From Mesotaenium endlicherianum (Eukaryota): a stretch of DNA of 64,000 bases. The position numbers and the translations under genes were made by a program. This document shows, in pieces, positions 37,805 to 49,507 of the stretch. Below the pieces are notes generated by a model, which saw only the letters and a list, made by a program, of their open reading frames with translations, was not told the origin of the DNA and ran no database searches. Positions within the stretch are counted from its first letter, which is position 1, and the number at the start of each line of letters is the position of its first letter. Location of the stretch: assembly GCA_009602735.1 (NCBI GenBank), contig WELA01003305.1, positions 137,752 through 201,751 of the forward strand. Direction: 5' to 3'.

Positions 37805-40020
37805 GGGAGCTGGAGGAAGGTAGCGTAGAGATGGCTTTCCAGATGATGGTCCCATCCATCCTCAAGACATACAATACATATTGGAAGCGCTTCCAAGAGT
37901 GGTGTGACCTGATGAAGGTATCAAATCTTCCTGCTTCTGTACTTACAGTGAGATTATACTTATTACACCTCCTCCAGGAAGGAGTTAGTATAGCTATCTT
38001 CAGTCTATCCACAGCTGCCATCTTTTGCATGCATAACCTGCTCAATCTCCGAAGCCCTACTGAATCTACAGCAGTCAAGAACCTTAGAAAAACAGCTGAG
38101 AAGATTCTTCCCAGACCCCAGCAGACTAAGGCCCTTTTAGCAGCCTGTGAAACTTACTGAAATTCTACAGATATATGCACAGCCAGGAGCACCAATAGCT
38201 AGTCTGATGAAAGCAGCCTGCCTGCTGTTCATGTACAGTGCTGCTCTAAGATACTCTGACTTGAAAGTTATTTCCACAGCTCAGGTACCGATGATAGGAC
38301 AAAAGGAGATAGAGTCTGTCTAGCTGCTCATTCCCAAGGCTAAGAATGACCAGCTAGCAGAAGGCACGTGGGCCACATTGCATGCTACACACAAGTTGTG
38401 GTGTCCGGTCAGTACATTTTGCAGGCTACTAGCAGAGTGCCCAGAGTATGACACCCCACGTCCCTTGATTCAAGAGATCAATGCAGCAGGCAGGCCATCT
38501 GGGAGGGCAGTTTCTTATGTGACAGAGTGAAATGAATCTTGCTTATTCAAAATTGATATATTTCATTCAAATATATAAGATTACAGATATGTGGAAGCGT
38601 GTGAAATCAGGGAGCCATCTTCGCCCTTATAATGAATTCCATTTACTCATCTACACCCCTTGACTCACTTACCGTAGTGTGCCATAGTTGCACACTAACA
38701 CGAGGCACAAGTACGAGGCGAGCTTGAGGACTTGAGCTTCTCCTTTAAAACTTCATGGCCTCTTGCCTACCAGGCATGCAAGCATATAAAGCACATGCAC
38801 AACATCAGGGGACTGAATAGCAAAGGCGCTATCCTTCAGGTGACCATAATGTAGCTAAAACACATCCCACTGACTTCGGTGCAAAACCATGGAATCTGTC
38901 CGATGTGTGACCCCAAAATGCCAGAGGGCATAACTCTGCCAATACTACTCCAAATTGAGCAAACTCAACGGCAACGGATGCATCTTGACAAGACCTTTCC
39001 GAAACGTTCTACTTCGCTCCATTTAGAGCGCAGACAAAGCATCCATGTCAATTTCCATGAAGGCTGGTCATTAGAACGAACCCAAAAGTGCACCCATGAC
39101 TTGCAAGTAGAAATCCGACTGTAAAGCCTACTGTCCAGAATGAGGGACCACGAGATCCCAGCCTGCTATGTACCTAGTGGCCACCTGGTTGACCACGGCG
39201 CAAGGTGCGCCGTTTCGTGGGAAACCCGTTAAGTTGGGACCCATGGATCTAGGCATAACGACCATATTAATTGGTCGGTTGACTGAAGTCCTAATTGTTT
39301 AGTTGGCTGATGACGGCTCCTACCCAAGAGTTAACCACACTGGTAGGACATCGGTTTACCGAATCTCAGTTGACCTTTTGACTTTCAGTATACCACGGTC
39401 ATATGTGCCAATCTACAAATAATAATCTAAATGAATGTATCTATCCTCAGCGTACTGAAGCTAAGTATACTGACTAACATGAAGAGAGCTTACTATATGT
39501 CAATCTACTGATACTACATCCTATATATAACTGATATACAAATCTCAGCAAACTATACTATGATACAAATGTCATTCTGCTGACCTTCTCAACAAAGTCA
39601 GCAAACTACACTGAGGTACAAAAGTCATCCTGCTGACCTTTTTGACAAAGTAAGTAAACTCGCATTATATCGACATACATTCATTTAGATGAACTCGCGC
39701 ATGTGAGTATATTGACATAATACTTATTTAGGGTTGTATTTATACATGCAATTTATTAAATAAATAATGAACTGATTCATTACACAGTGTGTCAGTGGTG
39801 CAAGGAGTGCTTTGAGAGTGTAGGACTAGACACTAAACTGTTTGACACTCATTCTCTAAGAAAAGGAGCAGCGTCGGCAGCTGCCAATATGGAAGTACCT
39901 GAGAAGATTACTTAGGCCTTAGGAAGGTGGAAGTCCCAAAAGGGCAAGGAGCCCTACATGGTAAACATAGAAAATCAGGAAGCCAAAGCAGCCATTATGA
40001 TAGCCTCCCAAACAAGATAG
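37801..40020 (+). pseudogene. DIRS tyrosine recombinase, split by the solo LTR at 38528-39784
   Basis: TYNTYWKRFQEWC, ALRYSD (catalytic R), KAKNDQ, CPV; after the LTR, HSLRKG, LGRWKS and Y, with stop at 40018-40020. Confidence 0.88.
38528..39784 (-). mobile_element. Solo LTR, family E
   Basis: Plus-strand termini TGAAATGAATC...GATTCATTACA; near-TSD CAGAG/CAGTG; removing it restores the YR frame. Confidence 0.9.
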
Positions 40021-40247
40021 AAGAAGCTCAATATTCCCTGGAGCAGCTGTTGTTAGCTTTCCTCAAAAAGAGCCGTAGGAGGTAGATTTGAGTCCCTATA
40101 TTTACCTGCCTGTTGCTCTTGCTAATCTTGCATACTTGCTTGCAATGCTACTCTGTGAACCTAGCTGTCTAAATGTGTGCTATCTTTGCATCTGTATCTA
40201 CTGCCTATTGTGACTAAATGTGCCCTATTCTATACCCTAGTATATAT

Positions 40248-40967
40248 TGTAATGAATCAGTATATTGGTCGATATAATATTCATTAAAATAATATAGTCA
40301 AATAAGTTCAGCCTGCTGAACTCTAGTTAACAATCAGTCTGCTGGACTTTATACTTAATATCAGTTTAATGACTTGGCCGGAAGTAGCAGGCTGAGGTCA
40401 CCTTAAGTCAGCTTGCTGACACATTCTTTGACAGCCAGCTGACTTCCGTACTCGGTAGCAGCGAACTGCCTCGATATGCATCTAAGTGTGGTATGCTAGA
40501 TGAATGGCCAGATGACATCCCTATGATGGATGGCGATTCGGGATGATGGGAGATGGCGGTGGATTTGGTTAACCGAGGTCCTACCAACGTGGTTAACTCC
40601 CGGGTAGGCGGTGCCATCGCACTGACCGTTGAACAGTAAACTCATTCCATGTACATATGCTAGGCATTGCTCTCGAGTTCGGCATTCGGAAACGAGGCCA
40701 ACTCTCTTGTACAGCTTACTGAGAGAGATCTGAATCCAAGGCGAGAAGCCATTGATACGCACTGTCTTCTAACCTTGCTTATGTATGAGTTTACTGATTT
40801 GCATCATTGATGCTAGTTTACTCGCATTTGACTTACGAGTATTATTCCCTGCTAGTGTATTGTCCTTTGCCGTTAAACCAGTTAACGGAAATACCATAAA
40901 GATTACTTGCTGATATAAAGATCTTTATTAATTGTTAATCGCCTATTTGGTAAGTCGATTCATTTCA
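40248..40967 (+). repeat. LTR A (5')
   Basis: TG...CA followed by PBS. Confidence 0.92.
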
Positions 40968-41001
40968 GTGGTATCAAAGCTGTTATCACGGTCTTCTTTG
41001 T

Positions 41002-42479
41002 ATGGTAAGGACAAGGCCTCAAACTAGCAATTCCCGAGACATGGAGAACCAGGAGAACGAGAATGTCGAAACCAGGCAGAAAGCCATGTAGCGGGAAACC
41101 GTACCTATTCGGAAGCAGTAGCAGATACTGCAGCTAGGGAGGCTGCAGAGGAGGCAGCTGCTATTGCCTCAGTCGCAGCTCAGCAAGCTGAGGAGGAGAG
41201 AGCCAGGCTAGAAGTTGAACAAGTAGCAAAGGCCGCTGAAGATATACAAAGGAGGGAAGGACAGCCAGCTGACGAGCGCACTGTTGAAGAACTTATGGCA
41301 TCAAGGGCCAATGTTCTGAACCCACCTCCTGCTGTACAACTCAATGTACCCCTAGGTCAAATACGTGACCGGCTGAATGCGGCAGGAATTGCTGCTGCAG
41401 GAGCAAGAGGGATTGTTGAGGACACTACTCAGCGAGTAGATGCCAATGCTGCTGCTGCATTTGCTAATCTACCACCCCAGAGTGTAGACTTGGGAGCATT
41501 GTTCGTTCAGATGCAGTCGCAAATGGCGACCATGTATCAGTCCCAGCAGGAGGACAAAATAATCATAATGTCCCTACTGCGGGACAGAGACCAACTGGGG
41601 TCTCACACCACTAGTGGTGGTGGCCGAGGGCGTTGTAAGCCCAAGCCGAAACCTCCCCAGAAATATGATCCTGAGGGGAACAGAAAATACTACCTGATCA
41701 AGTTTCTCGCGGATGTTGAGCAGTGGCTGGAGAATTACCCAGAACTGCAAGATTACGAGAAGGTCAGGCACACCGGTGCGCTACTGAAAGGCAGTGCCGC
41801 AGACTGGTGGCTTTACTGGAAGGGAGAGCGTAAGGCTCGGCAACTCGGTGACCCTACGTGGGTAGAGTTTGTCGAGAAGTTGCATGAGAATTTTGACGTC
41901 ATCAACCAGCAGGAGAAAGCTATCTATGCGATGATCTCTCTGACACTGAAGCAAACCACTTCAGTTGCTGAGTTTGCTCAAACGTTCCAAGAGAACATGA
42001 TGAAGCAGCCTGATTTGCCAGAACGGTATAGGATAGCATACTTCAGGTATGGCTTGAAATCCAAGGTCTCTGGTCATTTTGCTGAGAAAAAGTATGAGAA
42101 ACTAACTGACTTGATCCAGGATGCTGACGCCTGGGATCAGCAGCAGTTCAATCACAAGCGCCAGAGTAACGCTTTGGTGTCTAAGATTGTCAAAAAGCCC
42201 CACGGTTCCTACAATGCAGTTGAAGGAGACCAGGCTGAGGATAATCAGGGTGATGAATATGAGTATGAGTACAATGCTATTCAGTCTAGAGGTAGAGGTG
42301 GTCCCTCTCGAGGTGGCTATGGAAGGGGTGGTGGTAGGACTAAGCCGAGACCAGCCTCAGCAAAATCTACTTGCTACCATTGTCAGCAGAAAGGCCACTA
42401 CAGAGAACAGTGTCCGGTCAAGCACCTGCCTAAGGTCGAGAGAAAAGACCAGCCTTTAAAAGACAGCAACAGTCAGTAA
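41002..42479 (+). CDS. gag: gag (capsid, RGG tract, CCHC zinc knuckle); one frameshift near 41070
   Basis: ATG 41002; ORF 41295-42479 with LKGSAADWW and CYHCQQKGHYREQC. Confidence 0.85.
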
Positions 42480-43736
42480 TCCAGTCTACTGACTGTGAGG
42501 ATGCTAGAGATAGTGAGTCGTCACTAGCTGCCCTCGTAGCAGGTATTATGGGTCCTGCTGAACTGGATTCACTATGCATGCCTGACAAACAGATAAAGGA
42601 GACCATCAGTAATATAGACGTCCAGAGAGTGCACACTCTGGATGCTCTTGTTCCACCTGATGTCCAACATTTCTTTGCTACGTCAGGAGAACAATGCGAA
42701 AGTCAGGAAAAGACAGTCCCCCCTATCCTACTGCATTGCATGATTGCAGGTAGGAAGGTGAGGGCATTTGTTGACGGAGGGGCGTCACATACTTTTATCC
42801 ACAAGGACTTAGTTAAGCGGCTGAGGCTGCCTACTGTCACCCAAGGGAATAGGAAAATATTCCTTGGAGATGCCTCAAGTATCCCGGGAGGAGTTATAAC
42901 CAAGCCTATTGAGGTCCAGTTAGGTTCTGGCATTGCAGTTCTAACTGAAACGCTTACATTTGAGGTACTCAACACTGGCTTTTATGATCTCGTGCTAGGC
43001 AGGTCCTGGCTTAATAGACATCAAGCTGAAGTGTGTTGGAGCAGAGGTACAGTTAAAGTGAGAGGAGCCAGTGATGGGCAGACTGACTTGGCACCCACCA
43101 GTGCTCTTCCTCTTGTCCTGTGTGGATGGCAAATGAAGGAAAAGAAGAGGCTTCCAGAAGGATGCAAGTTGCTGAATGCAATGGAGTTCGTCAAAAGCTG
43201 GAACCAGAAGGAGGACAGAATGTTCTGTCTGCTGCTAAGAGAGGTACCTCCTCAACCTGAAGAAGTGGTTGAGAAAAAGGTAAGCCCTCCGAAGCACCCT
43301 ACTGCTGCAAAAATTGTTGCTCAGTACACTGATGTATTTAATATGCCTCCAGGACTACCCCCTAAAAGGGAAGTAGATCATAGGATTGCTCTATTACCTG
43401 GGAGTCAGCCACCTTGGCAACGCACTTATGGCTTGTCTTATGTGGAGAGCGAGGAGTTGAGAACACAGATTGCAGAGCTNNNNNNNNNNNNNNNNNNNNN
43501 NNNNNNNNNNNNNNNNNNNNNNNNNNNNNNNNNNNNNNNNNNNNNNNNNNNNNNNNNNNNNNNNNNNNNNNNNNNNNNNNNNNNNNNNNNNNNNNNNNNT
43601 GTGTGGATTGCAGAGCCCTGAACAGAATTACAGTAAAGAACAAGTATGCTTTACCCGGGATCGAGGACTTGCTTGATACCCTGTCTGGTGCTAAGGTGTT
43701 CAGTAAGATAGATCTCAAGAGTGGTTATCATCAAAT
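42455..43736 (+). CDS. pol: pol 5' part: aspartic protease and RT N-terminus (N gap 43480-43599)
   Basis: [61 protein letters not shown]; -1 frame relative to gag. Confidence 0.9.
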
Positions 43737-43737
43737 N

Positions 43738-45632
43738 GGATTTCCAGGAGTATAAGTACCAGAGATGTCCCTAGAGAGACATCTTTTTAGAAGTCCATTA
43801 TGCCAGATGTAAGTAACAGAGATTATCAGTAAAGCTTACACCTTTATCTCTTGTGTGTTTTCAGGACCACATAGTTACTCTCTTGTGAAGAGCAAGCCCT
43901 CCTGGCTTCTAGTCACTTGAAGAACTTCACAAGTGGTGAGCAAATCGACCCCGTGCGCACATCTGCGCACACGCCGGTCCGGCTGCCCCCTGCAGACCGT
44001 GTCACGCCGCAGGTGTCAGCAGGAGCCGCCACCTGTCACGCTTACGGCAGGCGAGGCAGCTCTCGCCAGCTGCCGCACGCTCGCGTCCGCACGCACGTCT
44101 CGTCACCCGCTGCGGTCCACGCTACGCAGCCGGCAATATGACAACGGCCTCGCAATCGCAGCAGCGCTCGCGCTCGGCAGCCGCTCACACGCGTCGCCAC
44201 TTGGCACGCGCACACGGCCCCGTACGGACCGCACAGATCAGGCCTGCGCAACCGCCACCCTCAGTCAGGGGGGGGCATTCCTGACTGCGTTGTGCGTCCG
44301 AATTCCTAGACGGGGCAAAGCCGGCACACGCACAGCCGCACACAGCCAAAGCCTAAACTCTGGTCGCACGCAAAACCCCAGCTGCAGCGCGCATCTCGCT
44401 GCCGGGGTCCCGCCGAACGCACGCGCCGAAGGGGGCGCGCCACGTACTTCATGCCAGGTAGGCAAGTCCGACGCCGGCACTCGCCAGACAAGACGCGCCA
44501 GAGCTGCCAGGAGTCCCCAAGGGGCGCCACCTGGCGGCCCCCTGACAGCGGCTGCAGCAGCGCACGTCTGCTGCGCGCACGTGCCGCCACTTGGCACGCA
44601 CGCGCAGCCCGTTCCAGCCAGCACGCATCTGGCGCAGACGGCCGGCACTACCAGCCAGGGACGGGCATCTTTGACTGCGCTGCACGGCCGGATTTCCGGT
44701 CTAAGCGCCGACGGAGCCCGCCAGACACCAGGCAGCCGGGGCCTAAACCTTGTCCGCACACAAAACCCCAGCGCCAGCGCTATCTGTGCTACCGGGGTTC
44801 TTGCGTGCGCGCGTATCAGGACAGTCGCACCGCGAGCGTCGCACGCAACAGCCGGGGAGGACGCTGCCACCGCATTAGCGACGCGGCGACGTCCCATCAG
44901 GAGCGTCTAGGGGGTGCCACTTGGCAGCCCCCTGGCAACCGCGCCAGCCACAACTGTGCCAGCAGCAGTTGTGCCAGCTGCAGCCGCACTGTCCGCAGCA
45001 GCAGCTGGGCCAGCAACGCCCGCGTCACCTGCGCCAGCAGCAGGTGCGCTTGCAGCGTGTGTGTCAGTTGCGACGGCAGCAGCCGCGCCAGCAGCAGCTA
45101 CGCCTGATGCAGGCGCGACGGCAGCAACCGTGCCAGCAACAGTTGCGCCAGCAGCAGCTGTGCCTGTTGCAGACGCACCGGCAGCAGTCGCACCAGTCGG
45201 AGCCACGTCAGCGGTGCCAGCAGCATCCACAGCAGCCCCTGATTTGGCTGCGCCAGCAGCGTCTGCTTCAGCTGCTCCAGCAGGGTCTGCAACAGCTCTA
45301 GCACCAGCGGCGCCAGCAGCCGCTGTGTCAGCTGCGGCCACTTCAGCCGCGACGGCAGCAGTCGCGCCAGCGCGAGCTGCGCCTGTTGCAGTCGTGCCGG
45401 CAGCAGTCACGTCAGCCGCAGCCACTTTCATCGTGCCCGCAGCAGCCACTCCAGCTGCCCCAGCGGCGTCAGCAGCTGTGCCAGCAGCGCCCGCGTCAGC
45501 TGCGCCAGCAGCAGTTGCGCGAGCAGCGTCGGTGACAGCTGCATTGGCAGCAGCTGCGCCAGCCTTGTCGTCAGCTCTCGCGGCGCTTGCGTTCGCAGCT
45601 GCGCTCGCCTCCGCCGCATCCGCACCAGGGCC
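43738..45632 (+). repeat. Exact duplicate of 53618-55512, bounded by single Ns (likely misplaced contig)
   Basis: Constant offset 9880, identical ORF translations, N at 43737 and 45633. Confidence 0.85.
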
Positions 45633-45633
45633 N

Positions 45634-46186
45634 AGACACCCTGTCGTAAGTCCAACGAAACTTGCACAAGGCCCAAGAAAACCAACAAAAATACGCTAAT
45701 CAACACCGTCGGGAACTGACATTTTCCAAGGAGGATTTAGTCAAACTGCATTCTCAGCACCTGTACCTCCCTGGTGTGGTCAAGAAAAAGCTTGGCCCTG
45801 TCTGGGTCGGTCCATATTCGGTGGTCCGTCGTGTCGGTCAGAATGCTTACAAACTGAACATGTCAGCTGAATACAAGGGGCACCCGGTCTTTAATGTCTC
45901 CTTCCTGGAACCGTACATCAAAGGTGATACACTGTTCACAGGTCGGTTCCCTGTCCAACCGGGACCGGTCCCCGCTGTCCGGGACGGCGACCCTGAGGAA
46001 TATGAGGTCGATGAGATTTTAGACGCTCGCTCGGTCCGTCGATCGTCTAAATATGTCATGAAATACCTCATTCGATGGAAGGGTTACGATGCCTCTGGGG
46101 ACACTTGGGAGTTTAAGGACCACTTGACCAATGCCAAAGGGGCGTTGACACGGTTCCACCTTCGGGCCGCTGGAGTCCCTCCATAA
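45634..46186 (+). CDS. pol: Integrase C-terminus with GPY motif and chromodomain
   Basis: WVGPY..HPVFNVSFL..EYEVDEILDAR..YLIRWKGYDASGDTWE*. Confidence 0.9.
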
Positions 46187-46429
46187 CTGTCATTTCAGTT
46201 GACACGGGAAGGTGACAGGCGGTCCTGTCTCCATTTAAGTTGGAGGGGAAAATATATGACAGTTAGTGAGCGAGAGCGATAAAAACACACTCATACGTTT
46301 ATGTGTAGCGCATCGCAACTACGTCAACTTTTAGCAATCATCCTGTAAGGTAAACAGCAGCGAAGCCACTATACTAAATACTAACATACTTCCTGCAATC
46401 CCTATGACAAAGGTCCATATCCTACTAAC

Positions 46430-48130
46430 TTGTGCCCTGGTTACATGTGCAGGATGGCGCCCACCACACAAAAGGAGGACAGAAAGCGCAAGGCAGAAGA
46501 AGCCAGGAGGACAATGGAGCAATACCAGAAGGAGCTGGCGGCGACGTCCCTCACCAGGAGAGAACAAGAAAGGGTCCGCAAACAACAAGAGGCGGCAGAA
46601 GAGGCACAGAGGAAGAAGGATCAGGAAGCGGAAAACCTCAGGAAGGCTGAGGAGGAGAGACAGAAGAAACAGCAAGAAGAAGCGGCAGCGGCAGAAGAGG
46701 AGAAAAGAAAAAAGATTGAAGCGGACAGACAGAAGAGCTTGGCCACTTACAGGTATACTGTGGTGGGTGGCCAAAACTTCGATAACCTGAAGGAAGCATT
46801 GCTGGCAGCCCAGGAGATCAACAGGCTGGAACAGACAACACTGCTACAGAAGGAAGGAGCTACAGCACTGGACAGGTACATCGAGACACACACCGGCGTG
46901 GTCCTTTACGAAGATTATGCTAAGATGGTGGGCTATACAGCAGAGCAGGCCCGGTATCTCGCAGATGATTCAGAGGACAAGCCGGTCCCCATACCGGGAA
47001 TAGTGGGAGATCAGAGACTCATCCGGATGGTGAGCATGCGGCCCGATAGCTTTAAGGATACGGTATTCTACCTCACACTCCTGCCAGCTTACAATGAAGT
47101 TGAGAGAAGGAGCTGGGAGTACTTGGCCAGGGAAGCAGGACAGCAGATGTTCTCTCCCCACTGGTTCCCGTGTAAACTGAGGAAGGCTGAGCACGGACCC
47201 CAGTACTACCAGCAGCCAACAGACTGGAGGTGGATGACCGTCACAAATAAGAAGCAGGAGTGTGACCGAGCCCAACCGGATGACTTCCACTATGGCCTAG
47301 ACGGCTATCTCATCCTACCACCTCACATTGCCCCTTGGGACCCCAGGCTGAATGGATGCCTGAGCAATATGAATGCAGAGACCAAGGAACATAGGAGGAG
47401 GGGAAGAGACTACTTCTCTAAGGGAAAGCATGCCTTTGTCAAATGGGCAAAGAATGCAGGCCGGATAGATATCAGTAGGCTGAAGGCCAAGCAACCTCCA
47501 GCGCGCCCTAAGAAAGGGAGGTCGGTAGACTACTCCATGTCTACTAGGGAGCAGGACGACTTAGTGGACGAGACCCCTACTCTCTCCGAGGAGGAGGATG
47601 AGGAGGATGAGGAAGAAGAACAAGGCAGAGGAGAAGCATCAGCAGCAGGTACTCAGGATACCCAGGGACAGGCAGTGGCACTTCCTAAAGAACCACGATC
47701 AGGTGTGTGGAATGTGATCCCCGTTATGGCGACAACTGGACCCCGCGCTCGCTCCCCCAGCCCACCTGCCCAAGCAGGGGAAGAAGCTGATCTGACTGTA
47801 CTGGGCAGCAGACACAGACAGAAATCCCCAGAGGACAGGGGTGCCAGAAGAGGGACACGCGGGTGGGCCAGAGGTATGCCAGCCTCCCCCTCCGCTCAGG
47901 GGCATGTACCTCTAGCCAATGTATTTCAGCATCCTACTGGAATGCCTGTCTATGTGGGAATCAACACCCAAATAGTTGAAGAGCAGGCCACCATCCTCCG
48001 TTCTCCTCGAGGGCCAACTTTAGAGCAAACAGGGTTCTTTAGAAGGCCAGCTGACAGACCTAGAGGGCTGTCCAGATCTAGGTCCAGATCTCCGTCCCCT
48101 GATCCTGAAGCCCCAGGAACCACCCCTTAA
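46430..48130 (+). CDS. Extra sense ORF (~560 aa) of unknown function between pol and the 3' LTR
   Basis: Uninterrupted ORF (first ATG 46445) with an E/K/R/Q coiled-coil N-terminus, a globular-looking middle, an acidic tract and an RS-rich tail; homologue in copy 1. Confidence 0.75.
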   Translation: MCPGYMCRMAPTTQKEDRKRKAEEARRTMEQYQKELAATSLTRREQERVRKQQEAAEEAQRKKDQEAENLRKAEEERQKKQQEEAAAAEEEKRKKIEADRQKSLATYRYTVVGGQNFDNLKEALLAAQEINRLEQTTLLQKEGATALDRYIETHTGVVLYEDYAKMVGYTAEQARYLADDSEDKPVPIPGIVGDQRLIRMVSMRPDSFKDTVFYLTLLPAYNEVERRSWEYLAREAGQQMFSPHWFPCKLRKAEHGPQYYQQPTDWRWMTVTNKKQECDRAQPDDFHYGLDGYLILPPHIAPWDPRLNGCLSNMNAETKEHRRRGRDYFSKGKHAFVKWAKNAGRIDISRLKAKQPPARPKKGRSVDYSMSTREQDDLVDETPTLSEEEDEEDEEEEQGRGEASAAGTQDTQGQAVALPKEPRSGVWNVIPVMATTGPRARSPSPPAQAGEEADLTVLGSRHRQKSPEDRGARRGTRGWARGMPASPSAQGHVPLANVFQHPTGMPVYVGINTQIVEEQATILRSPRGPTLEQTGFFRRPADRPRGLSRSRSRSPSPDPEAPGTTP

Positions 48131-48243
48131 GGTGACAGGCTGAAAAGATAGTCAGTAAGGGAGGCTGGTCAGGGTCAGTTTCTTTATTTAAAGCTTTTGC
48201 AGTTTAATGTTGTCGAGGCGACAACAAGTTAAGTTGGAGGGAT

Positions 48244-48962
48244 TGTAATGAATCAGTATATTAGTGGATATAATATTCATTTAAATATAATAGTTAATTA
48301 AGTTCAGCCTGCTGAACTTTAGTTAATAATCAGTCTGCTGGACTTTACATAATTATCAGTTTAATGACTCGGCCGAAAGCAGCAGGCTGAAGTCAACTTA
48401 AGTCAGCTTGCTGACACATTCTTTGACAGCCAGCTGACTTCCGTACTCGGTAGCAGCGAACTGCCTTGATATGCATCTAAGTGCGATATGCTAGATGAAT
48501 GGCCAGATGACATCCCTATGATGGATGGCTATTCGGGATGATGGGAGATGGCGGTGGATTTGGTTAACCGAGGTCCTACCAACGTGGTTAACTCCCGGGT
48601 AGGCGGTGCCATCGCACTGACCGTTGAACAGTAAACTCATTCCATGTACATATGCTAGGCATTGCTCTCGAGTTCGGCATTCGGAAACGAGGCCAACTCT
48701 CTTGTACAGCTTACTGAGAGAGATCTGAATCCAAGGCGAGAAGCCATTGATACGCATTGTCTTCTAACCTTGCTTATGTATGAGTTTACTGATTTGCATC
48801 ATTGATGCTAGTTTACTCGCATTTGACTTACGAGTATTATTCCCTGCTAGTGTATTGTCCTTTGCCGTTAAACCAGTTAACGGAGATACCATAAAGATTA
48901 CTTGCTGATATGAAGATCTTTATTAATTGTTAATCGCCTATTTGGTAAGTCGATTCATTTCA
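48244..48962 (+). repeat. LTR A (3')
   Basis: TG...CA, preceded by PPT. Confidence 0.92.
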
Positions 48963-49507
48963 TATACCTACCTCTATTATATTCTACCACATTAATGAAT
49001 ATACCTCACCAACACTCTAAGCAGCTTGACATACAACGTCAGATTCAGAGAAAATCGCCCTTCAGGCTTTCGCTTAACTTTCACAAAGTCACAGCTTACA
49101 AAACTCTGAAACTACACCTCTATGCTGGCCTGGGTCAAGCTCTTCACTTAACACCGCGCCTTAACAGCTCTTCACTGCCAGGCTAAGCTCATTCAGTTCT
49201 TCACTGAGAGCTTTATCTGCCAATACTACTCTCTCTCTTCGAGATGCGAATGCGACTTCTGAGAACTTGGAAACTAACACACAACTCACCATTTTAAGGC
49301 TGCTTCACCCACACTTGTGGCGTTCGGCCGAATCTGTGCTAATCTCCTAGCAGATTCTATTCTGCAGTTCTCCTACTTTCAACAGTGAGATTCCCTCTTG
49401 GGAACTCTTACAATCCTAACTTATCTCTGATACACTGAGAAGAATCTTCAGCGTCGGCAGAAGCGTGGGGCCTCGGCTCTCCAATGACCTTGGGAACTCC
49501 TTCTTCN

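Larger units (their letters stand above)
37223..40247 (+). mobile_element. Degenerate DIRS-type (tyrosine recombinase) retrotransposon fragment
   Basis: MT-like domain followed by a YR ORF; interrupted by solo LTR E and bounded by LTR E and LTR A insertions. Confidence 0.85.
40248..48962 (+). mobile_element. Chromovirus (Ty3/Gypsy), family A copy 2, with extra 3' ORF; middle misassembled
   Basis: LTRs 40248-40967 and 48244-48962, PBS TGGTATCAAAGC 40969-40980, PPT 48229-48243, near-TSD TATAT/TATAC. Confidence 0.92.

Noticed and set aside
44907..45699. Ala/Pro-rich ORFs on both strands resembling antifreeze or mucin proteins
   Set aside because: Low-complexity GCA/CCA repeat of the retroelement, within a probable duplicate contig.
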